This document shows positions 30,681 to 41,548 of a stretch of 64,000 bases of DNA, one piece after another. Source of the DNA: Thermodesulfobacteriota bacterium (GTDB lineage Bacteria > Desulfobacterota_D > UBA1144 > Nemesobacterales > Nemesobacteraceae); NCBI GenBank assembly GCA_965202785.1, contig OZ241855.1, positions 832,001 through 896,000 on the forward strand, given 5' to 3'. Positions within the stretch are counted from its first letter, which is position 1. Each line of letters begins with the position of its first letter. The translations under genes and the position numbers were made by a program. The notes beneath the pieces were generated by a model. It was not told where the DNA came from. It was given only the letters and a program-made list of their open reading frames with translations, and searched no databases.

Positions 30681-31802
30681 TTAGAAGATCGCAACGTCAA
30701 AGTCATAGCGGAAACCGAGGCTTAAAGTATTTACGTCATCCCCCGGATCGTTCTGAGTTAACACCCATTCGGCAAAGACGTCTAAGGCAGGGTGTACCTC
30801 TTTAATCAAAGTAACGTTGTAGCCCATCTTGTCGCTTCCGTCGTCTGGGTCAGACATGAAAAAGCCCAGAAGCGCCTTAATGCTGCCAAGAGAGTAAGCA
30901 CCGGCTACGTCGAGAGTATATGGGTTCAATTCAGCGCCGTCATCGTAATTGTCCGTTATGTACTGGTAAGTAACGGCGAGATACAGATTCTCGATTAGAT
31001 TCAGACTGCCGCCGACGCCGAAGAAATTTCTCTCGCGATCATTGTCATCCTGGTTCTGCCGCAAGTAGGATGCGCCGATGTAAATCGGGCCGGAACTGAA
31101 GCCAGCGCCGATTGAAGCCGCGTCAACATTGTCAGCATGAGAGGCGGAATCATCGCCGTTTCCGACCTCACCGTCTACCTGCATGCCCGCGTTTACTTTT
31201 AAACCCGCAAAACTGTTTGAGTATGTTACCAGATTGCCGCTTCGGAAAGGACCCTGATTATCATATCCAAAGGGGCTTGCCCGATGGTAAAAAATGTCGG
31301 TTACTTCGGCTACAGTGTTAAAATAGGGATCCCACTGCTTACCGATAGCTACCATTCCCAGATCCTCGCTTTTAATACCCACGTAAGCTTGGCGCGCGTC
31401 GCCGAAATTGCCGTTTTGCTCAATATCAACATCCCACTCTCCGTGTAGCACCGCGGACAGACCTTCGGTTATCTGCGTGTTGGCTTTGATGCCGACTCGT
31501 GAAAGCGCGTCGGTGATGTCGGTTGAACTCCCGTCGCTGTTTTCATAAGTAAGCCTAGGCCAGAACCTGCCGTAAATTGAAACGTCGGTATCCTTGATGA
31601 CCGGTGTTTCTTCCATTGCCATCGGTTCCTCGGCCATCGGTTCCTCGGCCATCGGTTCCTCGGCCATCGGTTCTTCAGCCATCGGTTCTTCAGCAATTGG
31701 CTCCTCGGCTTCTCCTCCTCCCGCAAATGCTGAAAACGGCACTGCCAACATGCCGGATGCCAGCAGACAAATCATTAAAACCCTTTTGATAAGATAATTC
31801 AT
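30681..31802 (-). CDS. Gram-negative porin with N-terminal AEEPM repeats
   Basis: Signal peptide, VSIYGR, SRVGIKA, RQAYVG, alternating beta-strand pattern, C-terminal Phe. Confidence 0.88.
   Translation of the reverse strand: MNYLIKRVLMICLLASGMLAVPFSAFAGGGEAEEPIAEEPMAEEPMAEEPMAEEPMAEEPMAMEETPVIKDTDVSIYGRFWPRLTYENSDGSSTDITDALSRVGIKANTQITEGLSAVLHGEWDVDIEQNGNFGDARQAYVGIKSEDLGMVAIGKQWDPYFNTVAEVTDIFYHRASPFGYDNQGPFRSGNLVTYSNSFAGLKVNAGMQVDGEVGNGDDSASHADNVDAASIGAGFSSGPIYIGASYLRQNQDDNDRERNFFGVGGSLNLIENLYLAVTYQYITDNYDDGAELNPYTLDVAGAYSLGSIKALLGFFMSDPDDGSDKMGYNVTLIKEVHPALDVFAEWVLTQNDPGDDVNTLSLGFRYDFDVAIF
31618..31707. repeat. Six tandem 15-bp repeats encoding (AEEPM/I)
   Basis: GCCATCGGTTCCTCG x3, GCCATCGGTTCTTCA x2, one degenerate copy. 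Confidence 0.95.
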
Positions 31803-32137
31803 TTTTCTCCTCCTTTTACCATAAGGTTGAATATGTTCAGTTAGTTAAAACTTATTCGATTTTTCGAGACGAAATACCTCCTACCGGGTCTGAAAACCAC
31901 TTGAAGGTAACAGCAATAAATTCGTTAGATTCAGTGCGATAATCAACCCATCAGATTCAATCACCTTTTATCCTATCACAAAGATTCAGATGTTTTCAAC
32001 TGTTAAAGCCGAGATATTAGGGTGTTAAACATTTATGATTTGACCTTGTTTTATATCTTCAGACCTTCAATTGTCTGAAGACGCTAAGACTTTTCTGGTT
32101 AAATAGGTCAAATCATTATATCTGCGAGAAAAGGGGG

Positions 32138-33205
32138 TTAATCGTCAAATTTTAAAACGAGCCCTTTTCTTTTTACTTGCGTTTTTTCCGAAAGAGCGTG
32201 GGAAACTATGGGAAGAGCTATGGTGGCGTCGCAGTAGCACTGCACTAGGCTGCCTTCGGGGTTTTCCTTTCCCCAAGAAACAGCCTCTTCAAATGTGCAC
32301 CCCGAGAGTCCTCCCCACTGGGGGGAGTCGGTTGTAATCTGGATTGCGTATTTATGAGGATAGTAGGTTTCCTGCTCCCCGGTCCCCTTGCGGTTAAGGC
32401 CGGCCGTTCTGCCAGGAACCTTCCTGTCTTCGTAAAGAAGGTCTCCCGTGACGGCGAAAAGCTGGATGAAATCTTTCGGCACTCCCCCGCCTATGTAAAC
32501 CACTCCCGTCTCAGCCACGCACTCTCCCATCCCCATAAACTCCACGTAGTCCTGTATGGCGTCAATTGTGAGATGATGTCCCCTGCTTTTTGCTATGAGG
32601 GCTGCGTCTCCGTAAGGACTGTCGGCTATGGCGGGGCAGAAAACGGGGACTTCGTTTCTCGCCGCCGCGGCTATGATGCAGTTTATGTTTTTTTTGTCGA
32701 GCCACTGTCCGCATCTTTTGAGAAATTCCCTTGAGGAATAACTTCGAGACTTATCAAGGGTCATTACGAATTCAGCTAACAGTTCCGTCATCTCAAGATA
32801 GTCGGGCTCGGTTCCGTAAACGTCGTAGTAGCGGTTTATTCCCTCGGAGAAAAGCTTGGCATCGTCTTCATTCGGGTTTCCCTGCCAGTACGAAAAACCC
32901 ATCGCTTCCACTATGTCCTCGGAGATATTGGCGCCCGTGGGAATGAGAACGTCTATGTAGCGGTTCTCGATCAGCCAGTTTATTATTTTCCACTGCCCGG
33001 TCGTGGAAAGAGAGCCTGCGTAGCCGAAAAAAATGGTGAGGTCCGGGTCTTCCACCATCCTGCAAAGAACATCGGCGGCTCTGGCGAGGCTTCTGCCCTG
33101 AAATCCTGTCTTCGCCATTTCCTCGAGCAGCCCTGAGATCGGCTTTCCGGGTGAAACCTCTATCGCTTCTACCTTTTTTCGTAGATAGTCAGAATTTTCC
33201 GCCAT
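32138..33205 (-). CDS. Deoxyhypusine synthase-like protein (probable homospermidine/polyamine synthase)
   Basis: GFQG, PVFCPAIADS, IGGGVPKDF, GGLSGCTFEEAVSWGK, CDATIALP. Confidence 0.9.
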   Translation of the reverse strand: MAENSDYLRKKVEAIEVSPGKPISGLLEEMAKTGFQGRSLARAADVLCRMVEDPDLTIFFGYAGSLSTTGQWKIINWLIENRYIDVLIPTGANISEDIVEAMGFSYWQGNPNEDDAKLFSEGINRYYDVYGTEPDYLEMTELLAEFVMTLDKSRSYSSREFLKRCGQWLDKKNINCIIAAAARNEVPVFCPAIADSPYGDAALIAKSRGHHLTIDAIQDYVEFMGMGECVAETGVVYIGGGVPKDFIQLFAVTGDLLYEDRKVPGRTAGLNRKGTGEQETYYPHKYAIQITTDSPQWGGLSGCTFEEAVSWGKENPEGSLVQCYCDATIALPIVSHALSEKTQVKRKGLVLKFDD

Positions 33206-33221
33206 GCTTTTTTCCTTAACG

Positions 33222-35684
33222 TCAAACCCTTATGTCGACCAGCCTTTTCGGCACATAGACGAAGTTCTTTATCTCCCGCCCCGCTATGTATTCCGCTACC
33301 CTGCTATCCGAAAGTGCCGCTTTCCTCGCGGTTTCCTCATCTGCGTCGGCGCTTATGGAAATCTGGTTCCTTACCCTGGAGTTAACCCTCACCGGGATGG
33401 TTATCTCCGCACTCTCAAAAGCGCTCTCGTCCCACTTTATCCATTCCTTGTCAACCAGGCTTCCGTTTTCTCCCGAAAGTTCCCAGAGTTCTTCGGCGAA
33501 ATGGGGGGCCATGGGGTAGATAAGCCTCGTTATCGCGAGTAGCGACACACGGGCGTGCTCTCTTTCCACGCTTTTTTCTTTCCAGAGCGTGGTGAGTTCA
33601 TTGAAAAGCTCCATTACGGCCGATATCGCAGTGTTGAACTTGAAGTTCTCTATGTCTTCTGTGACTTTTTTTATCGTCCGGTTAGTCGTGGCGGCGAGAG
33701 CAGCGGGTTTTCCCTCCGGCGGCGGTTTCTGGACCTGCTCTTCGTTTTCCCCCTCGGCGAAAAACCCGGTTGCGAAACGCCAGACCCTGCCGAGAAATCT
33801 GAACATTCCGTTTACTCCCTGTTCGCTCCACTCAAGATCTTTTTCAACGGGGGCGGCGAAGAGCATGAACGTCCTTACGGTGTCAGCCCCGTAGCGAACT
33901 ATCATGTCGTCTGGGTCCACGGTGTTCCCGAGAGACTTTGACATTTTCGCCCCGTCTTTTACCACCATTCCTTGGGTGAGAAGGTTTTCAAAGGGTTCGT
34001 CGAGTTGGAAAACGCCGATATCCCTGAGCACCTTCGTAAAGAACCTTGAGTAAAGCAGGTGAAGTATGGCGTGCTCTATTCCGCCTATGTACTGATCCAC
34101 AGGAAGCCAGTAAGAAGCTTTTTCGGGTTTGAACATGCCACCTTTAAAATCGGGAGAGGCGTATCTCAGAAAATACCAGGATGACTCCATGAACGTATCC
34201 ATTGTGTCGGTTTCCCGCTTCGCAGGTTCTCCGCAGGCGGGACAGGTTGTTGCAATGAAGCTTTCGATCTTGGAGAGAGCCGGGATTCGCTCTCCGTCAA
34301 TATCTATCTCGAGCGGGAGTTCCACCGGAAGATCGGAGTCCGGAACCGGAACCTCTCCGCACTGCTCGTGCTCGCAGTAAACTATGGGTATCGGTGCTCC
34401 CCAGTATCGCTGCCTTGAGATTCCCCAGTCCCGAAGACGGTAGTTGATCTTGATTCCGCCCGCGGCGTTTTTCTGGAGAAACTCGGCTATTTCCCCGAAG
34501 GCTTCCTGGGAGGTGAGTCCCGAGAGCCACCCGGAATCCCCAAGAATTCCCTTTTCCGTAAATGCTTCTTTTTCTATGTCGAAGGTGCTTCCGTCGTCAG
34601 GGAAAATCACCTGCTTTATCCCGAGACCGTATTTTTTCGCAAACTCCCAGTCCCTCTGGTCGTGTGCGGGAACGCTCATTACCGCACCCGTTCCGTAGCT
34701 CATGAGGACGAAGTTCGCGGTCCATACAGGTATTTTCTCCCCGCTTATGGGGTGAACGGCCTCTATTCCCAGAGGGACGCCGCTTTTTTCCATGGTTTCA
34801 ATCTCAGCCTCAGAGACGGGAGCCTTGCCACACCGGGCGAGAAAATCCGCCACCTCGGAGTTTTTCTTAGCCGTTTCTCCTACAAGCGGATGCTCGGGGG
34901 CCAGAGCCAGGTAGGTCACCCCCATGATAGTGTCCGGGCGCGTGGTGAATATCTTCAAGACGCTCTTCTCCCCGTCCACGCGGAATTCGGCCTCGACTCC
35001 CTCGGATCTTCCTATCCAGTTCCTCTGCATGGTTTTAACCGCATCGGGCCACCCTTTCATCTTTTCGAGTTCGTTCAGTAATTCTTCTGAGTAATCGCTT
35101 ACCCTCAGGAACCACTGCGGTATTTCTTTTTTCTCAACAACCGCTCCTGAGCGCCATCCCTTTCCGTCAATCACCTGCTCGTTTGCGAGCACTGTCTGGT
35201 CAACCGGATCCCAGTTAACAACGGAGGTCTTTCTGTACGCTAGCCCCTCGCGGTGAAGTCTGGTGAAAAGCCACTGCTCCCAGCGGTAGTATTCAACGTC
35301 GCACGTTGCGATTTCCCGGTTCCAATCGTAGCTGAACCCGAGGCGCATGAGCTGCTGTTTCATCTGGGCTATGTTGGCCCGCGTCCAGGTCGAGGGATGT
35401 ATGGCGTTTTGTATCGCCGCATTCTCGGCGGGCAGCCCGAAAGCGTCCCACCCGATGGGGTGAAGAACGTTAAAACCCCTAGCCCTTTTGAATCTCGAGA
35501 CGACGTCCCCGATCGTGTAGTTCCTCACGTGCCCCATGTGGATTCTCCCTGAGGGGTACGGGAACATTTCAAGAACGTAGTATTTTTCCCCGGAGGTCTC
35601 CTCGGAGACCCTGTAGGTGTCTTTTTCCGCCCAGAAATCCTGCCACTTTTTTTCGATTTCCTGCGGTCTGTATTCTCTTTCCAT
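33222..35684 (-). CDS. leuS: Leucine--tRNA ligase
   Basis: [37 protein letters not shown]. Confidence 0.98.
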   Translation of the reverse strand: MEREYRPQEIEKKWQDFWAEKDTYRVSEETSGEKYYVLEMFPYPSGRIHMGHVRNYTIGDVVSRFKRARGFNVLHPIGWDAFGLPAENAAIQNAIHPSTWTRANIAQMKQQLMRLGFSYDWNREIATCDVEYYRWEQWLFTRLHREGLAYRKTSVVNWDPVDQTVLANEQVIDGKGWRSGAVVEKKEIPQWFLRVSDYSEELLNELEKMKGWPDAVKTMQRNWIGRSEGVEAEFRVDGEKSVLKIFTTRPDTIMGVTYLALAPEHPLVGETAKKNSEVADFLARCGKAPVSEAEIETMEKSGVPLGIEAVHPISGEKIPVWTANFVLMSYGTGAVMSVPAHDQRDWEFAKKYGLGIKQVIFPDDGSTFDIEKEAFTEKGILGDSGWLSGLTSQEAFGEIAEFLQKNAAGGIKINYRLRDWGISRQRYWGAPIPIVYCEHEQCGEVPVPDSDLPVELPLEIDIDGERIPALSKIESFIATTCPACGEPAKRETDTMDTFMESSWYFLRYASPDFKGGMFKPEKASYWLPVDQYIGGIEHAILHLLYSRFFTKVLRDIGVFQLDEPFENLLTQGMVVKDGAKMSKSLGNTVDPDDMIVRYGADTVRTFMLFAAPVEKDLEWSEQGVNGMFRFLGRVWRFATGFFAEGENEEQVQKPPPEGKPAALAATTNRTIKKVTEDIENFKFNTAISAVMELFNELTTLWKEKSVEREHARVSLLAITRLIYPMAPHFAEELWELSGENGSLVDKEWIKWDESAFESAEITIPVRVNSRVRNQISISADADEETARKAALSDSRVAEYIAGREIKNFVYVPKRLVDIRV

Positions 35685-35820
35685 TCCTAGGGGAAAGCGT
35701 TTGACGGGTTTAGGTCTTGGGTTTTTACAAACGCGGTTGTATTGTAATTAAAACCCGCCTTGCTTTCAAACCCCTTCGCTACCTACCACCATTTGTGTTA
35801 AACTTCCTTCCCGGCGAGCA

Positions 35821-36567
35821 ATGAGTTCCAGTGAATTTGACGAGACGGCGCGGGCGGTTGAGAACTATCTTCGGTTCTGCAAGGAGATTGGCATAGAGGA
35901 GTTGCCGGCTGGGTTGGCCGCGGGAGGAACCGAAATAGCGGATACGGAGAAAAACGGAACTGTTCTTTTTAATGATAGCAGGAAGCCGAGAGATTCATCT
36001 GTGGTCAAGACTCTTTCCGAGATAAGGGAGGAACTCGGGGACTGCACAAGGTGCCGTCTCTGCGAGACCAGAAAGAGCATAGTGTTCGGCGAGGGCAATC
36101 CCAAGGCAAGGCTCGTATTTGTCGGCGAAGGTCCCGGAAGGGACGAGGACATTCAGGGAAGACCCTTTGTCGGAAGGGCGGGGCAGCTGCTTACGAAGAT
36201 AATCCGGGCGATGAAGCTTGAGAGAAAGGACGTGTACATCTGCAACGTGGTGAAGTGCCGTCCCCCGGGAAACAGGAACCCGCAACCGGATGAGGTGGCA
36301 AGCTGCGAGCCGTTTCTTATGAAACAGATAGAAAGCATAAATCCCGAGGTAATAGTTTCCCTCGGAAGCGTCGCTACCGGGTTGATGCTCAAGCTTAAGA
36401 ACTTCAAGATGGGGCAGTTAAGAGGCACTTTTCACCAGTACGGAGACTCAAAACTTATGATTACTTACCACCCGGCCGCGCTTCTGCGAAACCCGTCTCT
36501 TAAAAAACCTGTCTGGGAAGACATGAAGCTTGTGATGAGGGAACTTGGAATACCTACGAGCGGGTGA
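35821..36567 (+). CDS. Uracil-DNA glycosylase family 4 (4Fe-4S)
   Basis: CTRCRLC, VGEGPG, PFVGRAG, NVVKCRPP, YHPAALLR. Confidence 0.95.
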   Translation: MSSSEFDETARAVENYLRFCKEIGIEELPAGLAAGGTEIADTEKNGTVLFNDSRKPRDSSVVKTLSEIREELGDCTRCRLCETRKSIVFGEGNPKARLVFVGEGPGRDEDIQGRPFVGRAGQLLTKIIRAMKLERKDVYICNVVKCRPPGNRNPQPDEVASCEPFLMKQIESINPEVIVSLGSVATGLMLKLKNFKMGQLRGTFHQYGDSKLMITYHPAALLRNPSLKKPVWEDMKLVMRELGIPTSG

Positions 36568-36638
36568 TTAGCTCAGTGGATTAGAGCACAGGCCTCCGGA
36601 GCCTGGGGTCGGGGGTTCGAATCCCCCATCGCCCGCCA
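36562..36638 (+). tRNA. tRNA-Arg (anticodon CCG)
   Basis: Acceptor GGGTGAT/ATCGCCC, anticodon arm CAGGC-CTCCGGA-GCCTG, T loop GTTCGAATC, encoded CCA. Confidence 0.95.
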
Positions 36639-36746
36639 CAACAGGTAGGGGTATGTACCGAAGACATAGTTGACAGTTTATACCGGAGACATCGTTTACA
36701 CTTTTAGTAAAAAAGGGTTCGTGGCCGGTTCTACCCTACTCCCGAG

Positions 36747-37541
36747 TTATTTTCTAAGGACGATGTACATGGTTTTCTCATCGGACCAGTTGATTTTGTC
36801 GGGGTCTTCATAGGATTCACGGATGTTTTTCCTGAACTCCGCGAGGGATCTTTCAAACTCCTGGCTCTCATAGAGATAAAAAGTCGAGTAGTGCTTGCTC
36901 TGCGCCCTCTCAACCAGTTCCTTAAGGGAATTCTCCCTGGCGAGAATAAATGTTTTCGTCTCAATAAGCTCAAGTCCCTCTGTCCTTTTAATCTCAGCCT
37001 CAAGTCTTTCGGTATTGTAAAAGTCCGACTCCTTCTGATTAAACGACGGAAAGTGTTTTCCCCATATGCTTTTCATGCTCTGGGTTTTGGTTCTTGTGTA
37101 GATAAAAAGAAACGATCCCTCTTGGAGCACCCTTGCACTTTCCCTCAGGAATTTCGGGGCGTTGAAAAAATGTATGGCGTTGAAGCAGAATACGGCGTCA
37201 AGCGCCTTGTCCCCGATGGGGAGTTCCTGTGCCATGGCGATTTTGGTCACGTAGTTTCGGATGTCGTGGTCCTCAAGGTACTGCTCGAGGCTCTCGAGCA
37301 TGAACTCGTTTGTGTCATAGCAGTAAAGAAACAGGTTTTCCTTGCCCAGGTGCTCGAAGAAAAGTCTTGCGTACCGTCCGGCTCCTGCCCCCACGTCGGC
37401 AGCTTTTATTTTTCCCTTGTTCCCTATTATTCCCTTTATGTAGAGCACGGGTTCTGAGTCTGTAATTCTCAGAGACCTGTAGATGGCCGCTACTCGCGCG
37501 TAATGACCCTGCGTCTTCTTTATGAACTGTTGGCTTTTCAT
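36747..37541 (-). CDS. Class I SAM-dependent methyltransferase
   Basis: AADVGAGAG, FCFNAIHFF, ESARVL. Confidence 0.85.
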   Translation of the reverse strand: MKSQQFIKKTQGHYARVAAIYRSLRITDSEPVLYIKGIIGNKGKIKAADVGAGAGRYARLFFEHLGKENLFLYCYDTNEFMLESLEQYLEDHDIRNYVTKIAMAQELPIGDKALDAVFCFNAIHFFNAPKFLRESARVLQEGSFLFIYTRTKTQSMKSIWGKHFPSFNQKESDFYNTERLEAEIKRTEGLELIETKTFILARENSLKELVERAQSKHYSTFYLYESQEFERSLAEFRKNIRESYEDPDKINWSDEKTMYIVLRK

Positions 37542-37597
37542 TCGTTCCTCTCCGGTGTGAGTATGAAATTGTGATTGGCGCTCGGTTGATTAGGGTT

Positions 37598-38014
37598 TCA
37601 GCCCCGAGGCTGCGAGTCTAGGATGTTTTTCTGAAAACTTTCCGCGACTTCCCGAAACAAGTAAGCAACCGTGTCGGGAAGGTCATCAATCCCGCACCAT
37701 TTTCTTTTTCTGTCCCTTTCGTAATCTCCCGTATCCTCAATGGCTCTGGCGCAGAAAAAAGTGTAGAGAACGTGTCTTTTCCCCCCTTCAATGATCATTA
37801 TGTCGAGAGGTTGCTCTATTTCCACCTTGTATCCGCTTTCCTCAAGACATTCCCTCTCCGCCGCCTCAGCGGGAGTTTCACCGTAATCGACTCCTCCTGC
37901 GGGGAAAACCCATGAATCATTGAGTTTTCTTGAACTCACTAGAATGACTTCAATTTTCCCGAGGCTGTTTTCCCTGTAAGCGACGACGCCTGCCTTTTGT
38001 ACGGGTTTACGCAT
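37598..38014 (-). CDS. NUDIX hydrolase (DIPP-like)
   Basis: ILVSSRK, WVFPAGGVDYGETPAEAAERECLEESG, RKRKW. Confidence 0.9.
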   Translation of the reverse strand: MRKPVQKAGVVAYRENSLGKIEVILVSSRKLNDSWVFPAGGVDYGETPAEAAERECLEESGYKVEIEQPLDIMIIEGGKRHVLYTFFCARAIEDTGDYERDRKRKWCGIDDLPDTVAYLFREVAESFQKNILDSQPRG

Positions 38015-38128
38015 TTAGGTGAGAATGTTAGCCTAAAAATAGAATATGAACAGAAAGAAATTATTATTTTCCTGATCGGAAGAAATTTCTCCGACAGGTT
38101 TCTCAAAACTGGGAGCGCCTTACGTTAC

Positions 38129-38181
38129 AGTGTGTACTCACTTAGTAAAGACGAACGGGATGCTGTTGTGATTGCATCGAG
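38129..38181 (-). repeat. 53-bp direct repeat, copy 1, with ECF-type promoter motif
   Basis: 52 of 53 bases identical to 41951..42003. Confidence 0.9.
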
Positions 38182-38239
38182 TAGAACTTATCTCTGATCG
38201 TACTATATAATTTCCCCGTTCCCCGAAGCGGAGGTTTGA

Positions 38240-40351
38240 GTGTCAAACAGACTTAAAAACGAAAAGAGTCCTTATCTTCTCCAGCACGCGGAGAATCCAG
38301 TTGACTGGTATCCGTGGGGAGAGGAGGCGTTCGAGAGAGCGCGGGAACTAGGGAGGCCGATATTTCTTTCCATAGGATACTCGACCTGTCACTGGTGCCA
38401 CGTTATGGAGCGCGAATCCTTTGAAGACGCCGAGGTGGCAGGGCTCATGAACGAGAACTTCGTCTCGATCAAGGTCGACAGGGAGGAGCGTCCCGACATT
38501 GACAATATTTACATGACTGTCTGTCACGTGATTTCAAGAAAAGGCTGCGGCTGGCCTCTTAACATAGTGATGACGCCTGAAGGGGAACCTTTTTTCGCCG
38601 GAACCTATATACCTAAGGAGAACCGTTACGGCAGAGTCGGAATGAAGGAACTTGTGCCGGCGATAAAAGAACTCTGGGAGGACAAAAGGGAAGAGGTCCT
38701 GGAATCTGCCCGGCAGATAACCGATGCCGTCTGCAGCCTTGGAGATTCGCTGCGGAAAGCCGAAGCCTCTCAGCTTAACGAAAAAACTCTCGATCAGGCC
38801 TACGGTTATTTTCTTTCGACTTTCGATCCCGATGAAGGCGGCTTCGGGAGAGCTCCGAAATTTCCGACTCCTCACAACTTGATGTTTCTGATGAGGCATT
38901 ACGGACGCACTAGGAAAGATGTTTCCTTGAGGATGGTTGAGAGGACTCTTCTTGCAATGGGAAGGGGCGGCATATATGACCATGTGGGCTTCGGTTTTCA
39001 CAGGTATTCGACCGATTCGCGATGGCTTGTTCCCCATTTCGAGAAGATGCTCTATGATCAGGCGCTTTTAGCAGTTGCTTACACAGAAGCGTGGCAGATC
39101 ACGAAAAATCCGTTTTACGAAAAAAAAGCGAGGGAAATACTCGAATACCTGATTCGGGACATGACATCTCTCGAAGGAGCTATTTACTCGGCCGAAGATG
39201 CCGACAGCGAAGGGGAGGAAGGAAAGTTCTATCTTTGGACCTTGGGGGAGCTAGAGGAACTGGTGGGAGCTGAGGACGCAGAGTTCCTCTCGGACGTCTA
39301 CAATCTCTCTAGCGACGGAAATTTCACGGACGAGGCAACGGGAGAGCAAAGCGACAGGAACATATTTCACCTCAAAGAACCTCTGGCCGACACCGCTGCA
39401 CGGCGCGGTGTTCCGATTGAAGCGCTTGAGGGGAAGCTTGAGGGTTTGCGGGATAAGCTTTTTGCTTGCAGGGAAAAAAGAGTTCATCCCTATAAAGACG
39501 ACAAGATCCTCACGGACTGGAACGGAATAGCGATAGCGGCATTTTCAAAAGCGGCTGCGGTTTTCGGAGAGGAAAGATATTCTGACGCCGCACGGGGCTC
39601 GATAGAATTCATAATGCGGAACCTTTTCCGCGATGGAAGGCTTCTTCACCGCTACCGCGAGGGTGAAGCGGGCATAATGGCAAGCGTCGATGATTACGCC
39701 TTTTTCATATGGGGACTTCTTGAATACTACGAAAGCGTTTTTGACGAAAAATACCTCGCTTTGGCTATTTCTCTCTGCCGGGACCAGTTCGAGCATTTCT
39801 GGGATGAGGAATTCGCGGGTTTTTTCTTCACGGCCGACGACGGTGAAGCTCTGATAACCAGACAGAAGGAAATTTATGATGGAGCGCTTCCGTCTGGAAA
39901 CTCGGTTTCGATACTTAACATCCTGAAGATAGCGAGGCTGACCGCCGACTCCGAACTTGAAGACAGGGCGGCTCGAATGACCGCGGCTTTTTCTCCCCAG
40001 ATCTCAAAGCATCCTGCTTCTTTTTCAATGCATATGAACTCTCTTGATTTCATGCTGGGTCCTTCTTTCGAGATAGTCATAGCGGGGGACAGGAACTCCC
40101 CCGAGACCCGCCGGTTTCTCGAGGCCCTCTCGGGCGAGTACTTGCCGAACAAGGTCGTGATATTAAAAGACGAAGAAAACGAAGAGGAAATTTCAAGAAT
40201 TGCCCCTTACACACAGGGCCATAGCCCCATTAACGGAAAAACCGCGGCGTACATATGCTCAAATTACGAGTGCCGTCTTCCGACGGATGACCCGGTACGG
40301 ATGCTTGAGCTTATACGAGGGGGGAAAAGTATCGATAAAGTGCCTGGATAG
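38240..40351 (+). CDS. Thioredoxin-domain protein, YyaL/SPATA20 family
   Basis: [41 protein letters not shown]. Confidence 0.93.
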   Translation: MSNRLKNEKSPYLLQHAENPVDWYPWGEEAFERARELGRPIFLSIGYSTCHWCHVMERESFEDAEVAGLMNENFVSIKVDREERPDIDNIYMTVCHVISRKGCGWPLNIVMTPEGEPFFAGTYIPKENRYGRVGMKELVPAIKELWEDKREEVLESARQITDAVCSLGDSLRKAEASQLNEKTLDQAYGYFLSTFDPDEGGFGRAPKFPTPHNLMFLMRHYGRTRKDVSLRMVERTLLAMGRGGIYDHVGFGFHRYSTDSRWLVPHFEKMLYDQALLAVAYTEAWQITKNPFYEKKAREILEYLIRDMTSLEGAIYSAEDADSEGEEGKFYLWTLGELEELVGAEDAEFLSDVYNLSSDGNFTDEATGEQSDRNIFHLKEPLADTAARRGVPIEALEGKLEGLRDKLFACREKRVHPYKDDKILTDWNGIAIAAFSKAAAVFGEERYSDAARGSIEFIMRNLFRDGRLLHRYREGEAGIMASVDDYAFFIWGLLEYYESVFDEKYLALAISLCRDQFEHFWDEEFAGFFFTADDGEALITRQKEIYDGALPSGNSVSILNILKIARLTADSELEDRAARMTAAFSPQISKHPASFSMHMNSLDFMLGPSFEIVIAGDRNSPETRRFLEALSGEYLPNKVVILKDEENEEEISRIAPYTQGHSPINGKTAAYICSNYECRLPTDDPVRMLELIRGGKSIDKVPG

Positions 40352-40446
40352 GGATGTTTACACGGGCAATCCGCACTTCATAATACTTCAATTAGACAAC
40401 TTGATACGGACAGACTAAGGCTGTTTTCTGTAATTCTAGGTTTCGA

Positions 40447-41013
40447 TTATTGACCGTGGGCAAGGCCGTAGAGCAGCACTTGGTCAGTCCACAGTTCTAC
40501 TTGTACACCGTTTGTTTCATAGATCCCCGGCTCCACATCCTTTATGTTGTCTGCTATCGGCAAGACATATAAGGTGTGAATAATCTGGCTTTTGCTGTGG
40601 CTCAACTTCAATTGGGCTGCCTGAGACCCTTGAATGGTGCAGTACTTGCCCCCTGCGAGGACGAAATCCTGAACAAATTCGTCGCGGCGGGGCCGGATGG
40701 GAAAGTCCAACTCGCTGAGTGCGGCCTGTACAACGGCGTACTGGTCTGATTCCACCACCAGTGCACCGTGTTGGCGGTGATTGTGTCCGATTTCGGCGAC
40801 CACCTGATGGGTAAGGCTGCTGTCCGTACTAATGTGCAGCCACAACCCAATTCCGATTGTTAGCAATATGACCGCAGCAATTGGGATAAGATAAGAAACA
40901 CTGTGGCGCGTTCTTTCCATCTCATGGACGGAGGCTTGCATTGCCGTGATTTTGTGCGAATCAAGGCGCTTGCTTCGATAGTAGTTCTTGAGTTCTTGTT
41001 CCAAGTTCTTCAT
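40447..41013 (-). CDS. Putative anti-sigma factor (single TM, extracytoplasmic domain)
   Basis: One TM helix, GGKYCTIQGSQAAQLKL; directly downstream of the ECF sigma gene. Confidence 0.7.
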   Translation of the reverse strand: MKNLEQELKNYYRSKRLDSHKITAMQASVHEMERTRHSVSYLIPIAAVILLTIGIGLWLHISTDSSLTHQVVAEIGHNHRQHGALVVESDQYAVVQAALSELDFPIRPRRDEFVQDFVLAGGKYCTIQGSQAAQLKLSHSKSQIIHTLYVLPIADNIKDVEPGIYETNGVQVELWTDQVLLYGLAHGQ

Positions 41014-41017
41014 TGTC

Positions 41018-41488
41018 TCAGTCGGCCGCGTCTAGGGTGGCCAGTTTTTTCCTACTTCTATGTATGAGGCTCAGGACGGTTCCCCGAGGCCTGTCGGTCA
41101 GCGTGGCAATTTCATTAGCCGAGTAGCCCTCCACGATATGTAGAAACAGGACTTCGCGCTCAATATCCCGCAGCTTGGAAAGCATCTGATCTATGGCGAC
41201 CTTGGTGTCTCCCCCGGTGGCGGCGCCGGAAGCCGAGAGACCCTCGTGTTCGCTAGTGAGTGTGATAAACTGGACGCGTTGCCGTCTGCGATACTGGTCG
41301 ATGTACAGATTTCGGATAGTTGTGAAAAAAAGGGCTTTTGTTTTCACTTTTTTATACCTCTGATGCAACTTAAGCCAAGCCGTCTGCACTAGATCCTCAG
41401 CGTCGTGATGGTGATGGGTGAGTGCGTAGGCATATCGGAACCCGCTTTGTAACAGTTCTTCTGCACTGAGTGATGGAGATGCTGGCAT
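41018..41488 (-). CDS. ECF RNA polymerase sigma factor
   Basis: YAYALT...DAEDLVQ, RNLYIDQYRR, EGYSANEIA...GTVLSLIHRSR. Confidence 0.92.
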   Translation of the reverse strand: MPASPSLSAEELLQSGFRYAYALTHHHHDAEDLVQTAWLKLHQRYKKVKTKALFFTTIRNLYIDQYRRRQRVQFITLTSEHEGLSASGAATGGDTKVAIDQMLSKLRDIEREVLFLHIVEGYSANEIATLTDRPRGTVLSLIHRSRKKLATLDAAD

Positions 41489-41548
41489 GGTTTCATGCGG
41501 GCATGGAAGGCCGCGACCGCTTCCAAGTCCGTATACTCCGTGGCCGAT

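Noticed and set aside
31618-31707. Tandem repeats as a possible CRISPR array
   Set aside because: 15-bp in-frame coding units with no spacers and no cas genes.
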